A stretch of 64,000 nt of DNA from Dehalococcoidia bacterium (GTDB lineage Bacteria > Chloroflexota > Dehalococcoidia > Bin125): assembly GCA_963555985.3 (NCBI GenBank), contig OY820591.1:1248001-1312000 (forward strand). Reading direction: 5' to 3'. The notes under the pieces were generated by a model, which was not told the DNA's origin, did not search any database, and was given only the letters and a program-made list of their open reading frames with translations. A program made the position numbers and the translations under genes. Positions 54,292-63,597 of this stretch are shown here, piece by piece. Every line of letters starts with the position of its first letter. Position 1 is the stretch's first letter.

Positions 54292-55632
54292 TCAATCGTC
54301 GCCGAGTTGATACGCCTCGTCGAGCAACTCGATTGCGTGCGCGCTGCGCGGCATCATGCGCCCGTCTGGATCGAACCGCGCGATGCCCGCGTCCAACTGC
54401 AACATGCAGCCCGGATTCGCAGTGCAGACCTGTTCCGCGCCCGTCGTCAACACATCTTCCATCTTCTCGGCCAGCACGCGCTTGGAGATGTCCGCCTGCA
54501 CGACGGAGTAGATACCAGCCGAGCCGCAGCAGCGATCCGGCCGCCGCATCTCGCTCAGCGTGAGTCCCGGGATGCTGTTCAGCACTTCCCTGGGAGCGCT
54601 GCGCACGTTCTGAGCATGTGCGAGGTGACACGAATCCTGATACGTCACCGTCCGTTCAATCCGGCCTGTGGGTGGATCGAATCCGACCTCAACCAGGTAC
54701 TCATGCACATCTCGAACCCTGTGGGCGAAGTCGGCCGCGCGTCCGGCATAGGCCGGATCGTTGCGCAGCAGGTGTCCGTACTCCTTGAGATGGGAACCGC
54801 AGCCGGCCGCGTTAACGAGAATCGCGTCGGGAGCCTGACCGTCCGCTCTAAGAAACGCATCGATGTTCGCGCGCGCGAGTTCGCGCGCCGCCTCAACATC
54901 GCCGCCGTGCGCGTGCAAGGCGCCGCAACAGACCTGCGCCGACGGCGCGTCCACCGAGACTCCGTTTCGGGCAAAGACTCGCACTGTCGCCCGATGCGTC
55001 TCCGGGTACGCGAGCGGCATCATGCAGCCGCTGATCAGCGCGGCGCGCGCACGTACCGGAGCCCGCGGCTCGACCGCCGACGCCTCGCGGTTCGCATAGA
55101 ACGGCCGCCGCGCGTCGGGCGAAAGCGCGTCAATGTCAGCCAGCTTCGGCGCGATCCGTCGCAGCAATCCGGTCTGTCTCACGAGCGCTTGCAGACCTAA
55201 GCGCTGGTAGAGCTTCAACCCGTAGCCCGCCAAACGCATTCGGCGTGGGTAAGGGAAGACCCCACGCATGATCAACCGCCAGATCAACCGCTGCCGCCGC
55301 GGCCACTTCTGCTGCGCGAACGCCTCGGCGCGGGCGGCCTCCATCAGCCGTCCGTACGGCACTTTCGACGGACAGGCGGTCTCGCAGGCGCGGCATTGCA
55401 GGCACTGGTCGAAGTGCTGCTGAATTCGGGGCGTCCACTCGGTTCTGCCCGTATCCAGAGCGCGCATCAACGCGATCCGCCCTCTTGGCGAATCGGTCTC
55501 CACTCCGAGCTCGAGGTAGGTCGGACAGGCGTTGAGACAGAAGCCGCAATGTACGCACAGGCCAAGCTCGCCCTCGTCCGGGCGATCCTCAGTCAGCCAT
55601 ATCGGCTCAGCGGCGGGCGGCGCGTGGGTCAT
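54292..55632 (-). CDS. glcF: Glycolate/D-lactate oxidase Fe-S subunit GlcF
   Basis: CVHCGFCLNACP, CLQCRACETACP, two CCG domains, ANPGC. Confidence 0.9.
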   Translation of the reverse strand: MTHAPPAAEPIWLTEDRPDEGELGLCVHCGFCLNACPTYLELGVETDSPRGRIALMRALDTGRTEWTPRIQQHFDQCLQCRACETACPSKVPYGRLMEAARAEAFAQQKWPRRQRLIWRLIMRGVFPYPRRMRLAGYGLKLYQRLGLQALVRQTGLLRRIAPKLADIDALSPDARRPFYANREASAVEPRAPVRARAALISGCMMPLAYPETHRATVRVFARNGVSVDAPSAQVCCGALHAHGGDVEAARELARANIDAFLRADGQAPDAILVNAAGCGSHLKEYGHLLRNDPAYAGRAADFAHRVRDVHEYLVEVGFDPPTGRIERTVTYQDSCHLAHAQNVRSAPREVLNSIPGLTLSEMRRPDRCCGSAGIYSVVQADISKRVLAEKMEDVLTTGAEQVCTANPGCMLQLDAGIARFDPDGRMMPRSAHAIELLDEAYQLGDD

Positions 55633-55641
55633 GCTCGCAGC

Positions 55642-56952
55642 CTAAATCCCTCCCACGAATCGGCCGGGGCTGAGAATGCCGGTCGGGTCGAATTGATCCT
55701 TGATCCGCCGCATCAGCCGCCCGCCCGCACCTGTCGGCCCCCAAACGTCGATCGCGCGCTTGAGTTCGACAGGCGCCGACTCGACCGTGAGATGTCCGCC
55801 AAGGGAAGCCAGCTTGCCGCGCAGCGCCTCAATCGTTGCGGCCGAAGACTGGATCTCCCCCACGGGCGCATCAACGAAGAGTAGTCCCGAATCCGCAGCC
55901 GCGACCCACCGATCCGTTGGCGGCAGCCCTATAGCGAGGAATTCGCGCGCTTTGGCCAACGACGCGGGTCGAACGCCAAGTCTCAGGCGTAGGTAATCAG
56001 CGGGGGTTGCAAGTTCCAGGTCGGTGATCGCTTGCCAGGTTTCTACGATCGCGGTGGTAGATCGTTCCGGTGCGTCCAATCCAGACAGGCGCGCAGCCCC
56101 GACAGCCTCTGTCAGAACCTCAGCGACCGCCGACTCCAGCCCAACTGCGCGCAGCACGAGTGTTGGCTCGGCGGTCAGCAGTTCCGCGCCAAGCGCTCGC
56201 GCGCTCGCAGCCGATTCGCTCGCCAACGCCACGCAACCGTTCAGCGAGGGCGCCGCCTGAGCCGCCGCCGTCGCAGCGGCCAACGCTGTCTCAAACGATG
56301 GCGCGGAAATGGCGACGATTCGATCCGCCGCCGGTAGCGGCCGCAGCTTGAACGTCACCTCGACGATCGCGCCGAGGGTTCCCATCGAACCCGCGAACAG
56401 CTTTGGCAGGTCATACCCGCTCACGTTCTTTACGACCTGCCCGCCGCCCTTGATCAGCACACCGTCTGCCCGCACCATCTGCATCCCGATCAGCCAGTCA
56501 CGCGGCCCGCCGAAAGCGGTGCGGCGCAATCCGCCGCGCCCGACGGCTGCGACCCCGCCCACCGTCGCACGCTCGAAATGGGGCGCGTCCAGCGGTACAA
56601 ACTGCCCATGCTCGGCAAGGATGCGTTGAACCTGCGCGAGCGTCATCCCGGCCCCAACGGAAATCGTGAAATCGTTCGGCTCGTACGCCGCCACCTCGTT
56701 GAGTCTGGTCATGTCCACAGCAAGGTCGTAGCCGCGCGGCGGCATCCCAAGCTCAATCATTGTGCGCCCGCCGAAAAAGCAGACGCGGAGATCGTGCTGG
56801 TGTGCAGTCGCGATTGCCTGAGCGAGGTTTGATGAATCGGTAGCTTCAACGGCGATGCTGGGCATCACGCCGTCAATGGCGTACGAAGCGAGATCGTCCG
56901 TTTGCCCAGCGATCCGCTTACGAACTGCGGCGATTGTCTCTTGACTGGACAT
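55642..56952 (-). CDS. glcE: Glycolate oxidase FAD-binding subunit GlcE
   Basis: YEPND.T, ATVGG, GGQVVKNVSGYDL.KL..GS.GTLG and FDP.GILSPGR. Confidence 0.88.
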   Translation of the reverse strand: MSSQETIAAVRKRIAGQTDDLASYAIDGVMPSIAVEATDSSNLAQAIATAHQHDLRVCFFGGRTMIELGMPPRGYDLAVDMTRLNEVAAYEPNDFTISVGAGMTLAQVQRILAEHGQFVPLDAPHFERATVGGVAAVGRGGLRRTAFGGPRDWLIGMQMVRADGVLIKGGGQVVKNVSGYDLPKLFAGSMGTLGAIVEVTFKLRPLPAADRIVAISAPSFETALAAATAAAQAAPSLNGCVALASESAASARALGAELLTAEPTLVLRAVGLESAVAEVLTEAVGAARLSGLDAPERSTTAIVETWQAITDLELATPADYLRLRLGVRPASLAKAREFLAIGLPPTDRWVAAADSGLLFVDAPVGEIQSSAATIEALRGKLASLGGHLTVESAPVELKRAIDVWGPTGAGGRLMRRIKDQFDPTGILSPGRFVGGI

Positions 56953-57420
56953 CTACAGAGGCTCCCGGATGTGATTGAAGTTGACGTTCTGCCCTGGCAA
57001 TACGGCCTCCGCTTCGAGATAAAGTGCGACGTCATCGGTGAGCAACGGGCGATCCGGCTGGACCGCTTGAAGCGCAGCGGCATCGGCGAGTCCCAGTCGA
57101 TGGTACGCCGGGTGGGTGACAGCTTCGGCGCTGAGCACGATCACTTCATTGCTCTCGTTGATTAGGCGTGCGAGCGCCCGCATGAGTTCGGTCCGATCAG
57201 GCTCGCCGTACTGGCGAAGCAGATTCGAGGTCTCTGACAGCGTGTTCGGCAGCGCGTACACGACTCCGCCCGCCCGCGCGATCACGGAGCAGAGCTTCTC
57301 ATAGTCGCCGACCGAGTAGGCCTTGAGACGTTTGTGGGTGTCAATGATTCGCTCATTGGCCCGACCTGCAATGAGCAGCACCAGCAGATTGGTATCGATT
57401 AGATATCCGTCGCGAGGCAT
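56953..57420 (-). CDS. PIN-domain protein (VapC-like)
   Basis: LIDTNLL, L.ETSNL, LGLADA and LLTDD acidic PIN residues. Confidence 0.8.
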   Translation of the reverse strand: MPRDGYLIDTNLLVLLIAGRANERIIDTHKRLKAYSVGDYEKLCSVIARAGGVVYALPNTLSETSNLLRQYGEPDRTELMRALARLINESNEVIVLSAEAVTHPAYHRLGLADAAALQAVQPDRPLLTDDVALYLEAEAVLPGQNVNFNHIREPL

Positions 57421-57423
57421 CGG

Positions 57424-57705
57424 CTACGGCGCGGGCGTGAGGAATCGGTCACGCATGCCGACGAACTCGCCGTCTTCGTCCTTGAGACGAACGACCTTGT
57501 ACGAGCGCTTTGTCCAGTCTGGCTGAACCTCCGCGGGGAATTCGAGGCGCTTCGTGGCTCGGTGCGCGAACCCCACCGTGATCAGCCATTCGTCGCGGTC
57601 AGCGTCAAAGTCGATCTCTTCGAGGCGAATTTGCCCGATCCTCTCATCGGCGAATACTTCCTTGATCACCTGTTTTGCCGACCGGACTGCCTCGATCCTC
57701 TCCAT
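57424..57705 (-). CDS. Small hypothetical protein, candidate PIN partner
   Basis: GAGAGGA RBS; ends 3 bp upstream of the PIN gene. Confidence 0.7.
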   Translation of the reverse strand: MERIEAVRSAKQVIKEVFADERIGQIRLEEIDFDADRDEWLITVGFAHRATKRLEFPAEVQPDWTKRSYKVVRLKDEDGEFVGMRDRFLTPAP

Positions 57706-57730
57706 CTCGAATCCTCTCCGCTGTCAGGCA

Positions 57731-59185
57731 CTACACGAACGCCTTCGGGCCAAATTTCGCGATCTGATGTTGCGCGCTCTGGTGTCCCGCTTCCCCGCAG
57801 CCGTGACCTTTCGGGAAGATCTTGCACGGGTTGAAGTTCTCCGTCGGCCCGAACGCCGCGCGAAGCGATTTCATCGTGTCCATGTCCGCCTCAGTGAAGA
57901 TCCAGGGCAGATAGTCGCGTTTCTCCAGTCCGACCCCATGCTCTCCCGTGATCGCGCCGCCAGCGTCCACGCAGAGCCGCATGATCTCGCCGCCCGCATC
58001 CAGGACTCGCTCAGTCGCCCCCGGTTCGCGCTCGTCGAAGAGCAGGCAGGGATGCAGGTTGCCGTCCCCGGCGTGGAACATGTTCGCCACCGGCAGCCCG
58101 TAACGCTCCGCAATCTCGTAGACCGAATCGAGCACATCAGGCAGCTTGGTTCGCGGCACCACCCCGTCGAGCAGGTAGTAGTTGGGCATGATCTGCCCGA
58201 GTGCCCCAATCGCGCCCTTCCGACCGGCCCAAAGCTGCTCACGCTCCGCCGGATCGGTCGCGCTACGCACCTCGCGCGGCTCGAAGCGCCGCAGAATTGC
58301 CTCAACGGTCGCACCTTCCGCGTCAACTTGCGACTGCGGCCCATCCACTTCCACCAAGAGCACAGCTTCGGCGTCAAGCGGGAACCCCGTATTGAGCACC
58401 GGTTCGACCGCAGCGATCGTCATCTTGTCAATCATCTCCAGCGCGGCCGGAACCACACCCGAGGCAATGATCGCCGAGACAGTGTTCGAGGCCTGCCGCA
58501 CCGAGTCGTAGATCGCCAGCATCGTTCTGACCGCCGTGGGTTTCGGCACCAGCCGCACGAGTGCTTGCGTGACAATCCCGACCGTTCCTTCCGAGCCAAC
58601 CACGCAGCCCACCAGGTCGTACCCCGGCTGATCGCGAGTGGCGTCGCCGATCCACTGCACTTCGCCGTCAGCCGTCACGAGTTCGAGCGCCAGCACATGG
58701 TTCGTGGTCGTCCCCCAGGCCAGCGTGTGCGGGCCGCCCGCGTTCTCCGCCACATTGCCGCCAATCGTGCAGGCGCGCTGACTTGAGGGATCGGGCGCAT
58801 AGGCCAGCCCATGCCGTTCGGCTTCCAGACCGAGGTCGAGATTGACTACGCCAGGCTGAACGAGCGCCGTCTTGTTCGCCACATCAATCTCAAGAATCCG
58901 CCGCATTCGGTTCATCCCAATCACGATCCCGCCCTTCGCGGCTAGCGCTCCCCCGCTCAGACCCGTGCCCGCTCCGCGCGGTGTGATCGGTACGTCGTAT
59001 CGATTCGCAATCTGGATCAACGCCGCCACATCCTCGGTTGTCGCCGGCAGCGCAATCGCGTCGGGATTACCGCGATCGATCGTGCCGTCGTACTCATAGA
59101 CGAGCAGGTCTTCCGGTGCCCACACGACCGCTTCAGCTCCAATCGCGTCAATCAGATCTCGAACGATCGGCGATGGTTGAGACAT
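57731..59185 (-). CDS. glcD: Glycolate oxidase subunit GlcD (FAD-linked oxidase)
   Basis: RGAGTGLSGG, PDPSS...CTIGGNVAENAGG, HAGDGNLHP and GEHGVG.EK. Confidence 0.92.
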   Translation of the reverse strand: MSQPSPIVRDLIDAIGAEAVVWAPEDLLVYEYDGTIDRGNPDAIALPATTEDVAALIQIANRYDVPITPRGAGTGLSGGALAAKGGIVIGMNRMRRILEIDVANKTALVQPGVVNLDLGLEAERHGLAYAPDPSSQRACTIGGNVAENAGGPHTLAWGTTTNHVLALELVTADGEVQWIGDATRDQPGYDLVGCVVGSEGTVGIVTQALVRLVPKPTAVRTMLAIYDSVRQASNTVSAIIASGVVPAALEMIDKMTIAAVEPVLNTGFPLDAEAVLLVEVDGPQSQVDAEGATVEAILRRFEPREVRSATDPAEREQLWAGRKGAIGALGQIMPNYYLLDGVVPRTKLPDVLDSVYEIAERYGLPVANMFHAGDGNLHPCLLFDEREPGATERVLDAGGEIMRLCVDAGGAITGEHGVGLEKRDYLPWIFTEADMDTMKSLRAAFGPTENFNPCKIFPKGHGCGEAGHQSAQHQIAKFGPKAFV

Positions 59186-59259
59186 ACTGCACTCATTTCC
59201 AACTGCTGTTGGCCTCGATCATAGTCCGCGGAACTACGCGTTCACCTGCTCGCGCGCTC

Positions 59260-60051
59260 TCACTTCCAGCGACGCGCGAGAAAGTCCAGCACCGCCTCAT
59301 TGAAACGTTCAGGCTGCTCGAAGTACTCCGAATGCCCCGCATCCGGGACAACCACGAGCTCGCTCCCCTCCATTGCGCGATGCGAGGCGGCCATCGCCTC
59401 CCACGGCACGATCTTGTCGTGCTCACCGACGATGTACAGCATCGGCATCCCAAACTGGCGCAGGAGCGGCATCGACGACCCCCGCCAGGTGGCCAAGCCA
59501 GGCGTGGGTGCCAGAAACGTCCGCGGACGCGGAGGATTCCAGCCGTTCATCCGCCGGTAGAGCCAGGCCAACTCAGGCTGCTCACGCTCGGTCGCGGGAG
59601 CGAGCGCGCGTTGGCGCAACGTCTGACCTTCCACCGTCTTGTAGTGCGCAGCCTGGATTGAGCGGACTTCATCATTGACCGCCCCGGCCAGTGTTCCCGA
59701 GAGAATCAGCGCCTCAATCCGGCCGGGGAAAATCAGCGCGAACGGCGTAGCCGTGCGACCGCCCATCGAGTGCGCGATCATCGCAAAGCGATCAATGCCC
59801 AAGTGATCGAGCAGTGCATGGAGATCATGAGGAAAAGCCCGCCGGCCCGGGCCGCCGGGGACGTCTCGGCTCAGTCCGAAGGCGCGGTGGTCAAATGTGA
59901 CTACGCGATAGCGCTCGGCGAAGACAGGGACTTGCCGCCACCAGACGAGGTGATTGCCGCCTGCGCCGTGCGCCAACACGAGCGCCGGTGCGTCCTCCGC
60001 TCCGTGGCATTCGTAGTAGAGGTCGATCTCGTTGCAGTGAAGGAATGGCAC
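59260..60051 (-). CDS. Alpha/beta-fold hydrolase
   Basis: HGAGG, AHSMGG nucleophile elbow, GEHD and GHS..EQP. Confidence 0.9.
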   Translation of the reverse strand: MPFLHCNEIDLYYECHGAEDAPALVLAHGAGGNHLVWWRQVPVFAERYRVVTFDHRAFGLSRDVPGGPGRRAFPHDLHALLDHLGIDRFAMIAHSMGGRTATPFALIFPGRIEALILSGTLAGAVNDEVRSIQAAHYKTVEGQTLRQRALAPATEREQPELAWLYRRMNGWNPPRPRTFLAPTPGLATWRGSSMPLLRQFGMPMLYIVGEHDKIVPWEAMAASHRAMEGSELVVVPDAGHSEYFEQPERFNEAVLDFLARRWK

Positions 60052-60054
60052 CGG

Positions 60055-60534
60055 TCAGCCCGCAGCCGCGTCTCGGACTAACTCAAGCGCCCGCACCGCG
60101 GTTAGACGCTTGTTGCCCTCTCGATCCTCCGGCCACATATGCCGCTCCGCCACCACTCGCTCGCCGGGTCCAACGCAGGCAATCCAGACCGTTCCAACCG
60201 GCCGCTCTTCCGATCCACCAGTGGGACCGGTAATTCCGGTTTCCGCCACCCCGATATCCGCCTTGATCGTGTCCCGAACCCCGCGCGCCATCGCAACGGC
60301 GGCCTCCTCAGAGACTGATCCATGCTCTCGCAAGACCTCCCGCTCAACTCCGATCAGATCCATCTTGGGATGGTTGTGGTACGGATTCGCGCCGCCAATC
60401 CAGGCGCGCGAACAGCCGGGGATGTCCGTGATCCAGTGCCCAATCAAGCCGCCGGTATCGGTTTCGGCGGTGGCCAGCGTCAGGCCGCGCTCAATGAGCA
60501 GATCGACCACTTCCTGCGCGAGCGCTTCCGCCAT
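60055..60534 (-). CDS. CinA C-terminal/PncC-like NMN deamidase
   Basis: LATAETDTGG (canonical AESCTGG altered), HGSVSEE.A..MA.G and TGITGP.GG...PVGTV. Confidence 0.85.
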   Translation of the reverse strand: MAEALAQEVVDLLIERGLTLATAETDTGGLIGHWITDIPGCSRAWIGGANPYHNHPKMDLIGVEREVLREHGSVSEEAAVAMARGVRDTIKADIGVAETGITGPTGGSEERPVGTVWIACVGPGERVVAERHMWPEDREGNKRLTAVRALELVRDAAAG

Positions 60535-60538
60535 CGCC

Positions 60539-60853
60539 CTAGTCCTCGTTGTTGGTGAAGCGGTCCCAACCGAACATCAAGATCAGGATGAAGGTGACCA
60601 GCACGATGAACGGGGCGAGCAGGATCGAGAACTCGTACCACTCTTCCCGGTCGAAATTGTTCACCCCGGTACCGCCCTCGTCCGGCTCCGCCTGCGGGGC
60701 GACTTGGATCTGGGCCTCGCTCGGTGTCTCGGACGCTGCGTAGGCCTGACCTCCGAACGCCGGCTGGAGCGCCGCGATCGTGAATAGAGCCAGGGCCGCG
60801 ACCAAGACCAGCCGCGAAAGCGGCCGAATCGCGGATCGAATCACAGAGCGCAT
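60539..60853 (-). CDS. Small exported membrane protein
   Basis: Signal-peptide-like N-terminus and C-terminal TM helix. Confidence 0.65.
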   Translation of the reverse strand: MRSVIRSAIRPLSRLVLVAALALFTIAALQPAFGGQAYAASETPSEAQIQVAPQAEPDEGGTGVNNFDREEWYEFSILLAPFIVLVTFILILMFGWDRFTNNED

Positions 60854-60910
60854 CGCGTCGTCCCTTCGTCTTATCTCTGTCGAATCGGTCAGCCTGCGCC
60901 AATGCGCAGA

Positions 60911-62251
60911 CTATTCGAGCGCCCCCGACTGTGCGAGCGCGTCGATCCGTTCCGCATCGTAGCCAAGCATTCGGCTCAGCACATAGCGGGTGTCTTCGCC
61001 CAGACGCGGCGCGGGTGACACGACCGTCGCCGGCGTCTCCGACAGTCTCCACGGCGGAGGCAGTACCGTGCGCTGGTGCGATTCCGGCGGTTTCACGTCA
61101 ACGCCGCCGCCGCGCCCCTGGAATTGTTCCGAGTGGTGAATGTCCGAACCCCACAGCGACGGCGCGGCGGGAACACCGGCAGCTCGTAACGATTGCGCTG
61201 CCCCAATTGCCGACTGCTCGCTCGTCCACGCCTCAATCATGGGCTTGAGTTCGTCCCGGTGCTTCCAACGTTTCAGGCCCGTGCGAAAGCGTGGATCGTT
61301 GCGAAGGTGATCGAGACCGGCGACATCGCAGAGCGCGTTCCACTCCTCGTCGCTGCGGCAAGCGATCGCCAGCCAACCGCGCTTCGCCCCGGGGCGTTCG
61401 CCCTCGCCGTCGTTCGGATCACGCATCGTCGCGGTGCGGAAGACATCGTGCGGCGCATAGGCGCGATGCCCGTTGCCGAGCCGTTCCCCGTCCGTCCCGA
61501 AGAAATCAACGTGCAGGAACTCTTCGCCGATGTGCATCCCGATCGCTTCACTTGACGAAGCGTCAATGAACTGTCCCCGCCCCGTTCGCTCGCGGTAGTG
61601 CAGACCGGCCACCATCGCCATCGCCGCCGCTGTTCCCGCCCGCAGGTCAATCGAGCCGCCCATCGTCAGCGGCGGTTCGTCCGGATCGCCGGAGAGATAC
61701 GACAATCCCGACATCGCCGCGAAGGTCGGCGCATAACCCGTGTAGTTGCGTTCCGGCCCGGTCGCGCCAAGTGCGGAGGCGGAGATCATCACGATCTCCG
61801 GATTGATCGCGCGCAGATCCTCGTAACCCAGTCCTAGCTTGTCCAGAATCCCCGGACGGAAGTTGTCGATCGCGCCGTCACTGGTCTGCGCAAGATCGCG
61901 AATGACTTGCTTCGCGCCCTCCGTCTTGAGATTGAGCTGGATCGAGTACTTGTTCAGGTTCACCTCGTTGAACATCGGGGCCTGGTTGACCCCGCCCTTG
62001 AACGACCCCATCGCCAGCGAGCGCTGGCGGCTGTGATCGATCCGGGTGGCCGACTCGACCTTGATCAGCTCAGCGCCAAGCAACGCAAGCTGCATCGCCC
62101 CATAGGGGCCGGCCCAAGCCCAAGTGAAGTCGATAATCCGCTTGCCGCTCAACGGACCGGGGCGCTCGGCCGCTCCGAGCAGTCCGTTGCCCCCATAGGC
62201 TCCATTGCCCGTCTGGCTGCCATTTGCGCCGTTGGCGCTTGTGTTGCTCAT
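60911..62251 (-). CDS. CaiB/BaiF CoA-transferase (catalytic-type subunit)
   Basis: IIDFTWAWAGP, NFRPG..LGLGY, Asp in GGSID, APRLGE; start MSNTS at 62251. Confidence 0.92.
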   Translation of the reverse strand: MSNTSANGANGSQTGNGAYGGNGLLGAAERPGPLSGKRIIDFTWAWAGPYGAMQLALLGAELIKVESATRIDHSRQRSLAMGSFKGGVNQAPMFNEVNLNKYSIQLNLKTEGAKQVIRDLAQTSDGAIDNFRPGILDKLGLGYEDLRAINPEIVMISASALGATGPERNYTGYAPTFAAMSGLSYLSGDPDEPPLTMGGSIDLRAGTAAAMAMVAGLHYRERTGRGQFIDASSSEAIGMHIGEEFLHVDFFGTDGERLGNGHRAYAPHDVFRTATMRDPNDGEGERPGAKRGWLAIACRSDEEWNALCDVAGLDHLRNDPRFRTGLKRWKHRDELKPMIEAWTSEQSAIGAAQSLRAAGVPAAPSLWGSDIHHSEQFQGRGGGVDVKPPESHQRTVLPPPWRLSETPATVVSPAPRLGEDTRYVLSRMLGYDAERIDALAQSGALE

Positions 62252-63543
62252 CCGATTACTCCCGCTCGTCGCGCCTGCGCGGCGCTCCAGGGTCTGATGT
62301 GTTCGTTCACGACCTCGACAGTTGCCTCCCCAAGCAGCGGCGCAGCCCGGCGCGCTGGTCGCTGCGCGCCCGTCCATTGAGCCGCAAACTGCGCGTAGCG
62401 TCCTGTCGGCGCGACGGGATGCGTAAGTAGATCGAAGAATCCGCGCTGACGCTCCTGCTCCGAATTCATCACCTCAGACGGTCGCAAGACTGGTCCGGCC
62501 GGTGCGCTGTTCGCCTGAAGCGCCCGAAAGACTTGGTCCCGCGTCCGCGCCCGAGCCCACGTCTCCAGCGCCTGTTGCGCCTCAACGCCCAGATTGATCC
62601 GGTCGATCAACTCACCCTGTTCGTCGAACGCCCACTCAGGATCGCCCATCGCCTTGATGATCCCCGCCCACTGGTGACGCTGCGGAGTCACCGCGATCAG
62701 GTGACCGTCAGAACACTCCAGCCGTCCTCCGAACGCGCTGCCGCCCGTGCCGCGCGGCATCGGCGGCGGGCCGCCGTCGTTGTGCGCAATCGAGATATCC
62801 ACCCGATCCATGTTCATCATCGCGTCCGTGCTGGCCACATCCACAATCTGACCCTCACCCGTTCGCTCGCGCGCCATCAGCGCCGCCCACGCACCGATCG
62901 CCAGCGCTAGTCCTCCGTCCGCCTCATGCACGTTCGCGCCCGCGACCGTGGGCGCACCGCTGTCCGCCCCAAGATTGCGCCGCACACCGGCAGCCGATCC
63001 GGCCGCATGAGCGCGCGTCAGAGCTGTGCTCGGCCATTCCCGCGCCGGACCCTCAAGCCCAAACGGAGTCACTGCGGCAATCACCAAGCGTGGATAGCGC
63101 TCGCGCAACGAGGCAGGCGACAAATCCAACGCTTCAAGCTGCGCCGGTGTGTGATCGCTGATGAACACGTCCGCCGCTGCCAGCAGTTCCTGGATCACCC
63201 GCCGAGCCGCGGCCGTGTCCAGATCCAGAACGACACTGCGCTTACACGTGTTGTAGTTCAGCCAAATCGTCGAGGTCTCTCGGTCCGGAGCAGGGTCGGC
63301 GAACGGAGCCATGCTTCTCGCCGCATCGCCGCCCGGAGGCTCGATCTTGATCGTCTCCGCGCCTGCATCCGCCAACAGCCGCGCCGCGAACGGACCCGAG
63401 ATCTCCGAAGCGAGTTCGATCACCCGCACGCCCTCAAGCAGCGGCGGGCCAAGCTCCGCGGTAGAGAGTTGGGAATCCGGCATACGCTCACAGTCTAAAG
63501 CCGCTTGCTCCTGCAAACCCGCTAGACGCTCCTCCAGACTCAC
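62248..63543 (-). CDS. CaiB/BaiF CoA-transferase (partner subunit)
   Basis: LEGVRVIELA..ISGPFAARLLADAGA, NTCKRS, TPFG..GP and APLLGE. Confidence 0.9.
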   Translation of the reverse strand: MSLEERLAGLQEQAALDCERMPDSQLSTAELGPPLLEGVRVIELASEISGPFAARLLADAGAETIKIEPPGGDAARSMAPFADPAPDRETSTIWLNYNTCKRSVVLDLDTAAARRVIQELLAAADVFISDHTPAQLEALDLSPASLRERYPRLVIAAVTPFGLEGPAREWPSTALTRAHAAGSAAGVRRNLGADSGAPTVAGANVHEADGGLALAIGAWAALMARERTGEGQIVDVASTDAMMNMDRVDISIAHNDGGPPPMPRGTGGSAFGGRLECSDGHLIAVTPQRHQWAGIIKAMGDPEWAFDEQGELIDRINLGVEAQQALETWARARTRDQVFRALQANSAPAGPVLRPSEVMNSEQERQRGFFDLLTHPVAPTGRYAQFAAQWTGAQRPARRAAPLLGEATVEVVNEHIRPWSAAQARRAGVIG

Positions 63544-63597
63544 TCGTAGACTTGCCCCATCAGCAACGAAACCCCGGAACGGGCGAACGGAGTCCCG

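Noticed and set aside
815-63498. Many long antisense or alternate-frame ORFs (e.g. 815-2122, 9950-11476, 18098-19555, 32916-34346, 42579-43826)
   Set aside because: Arg/Pro/His-rich shadows of real genes, expected in high-GC DNA; no recognisable motifs.
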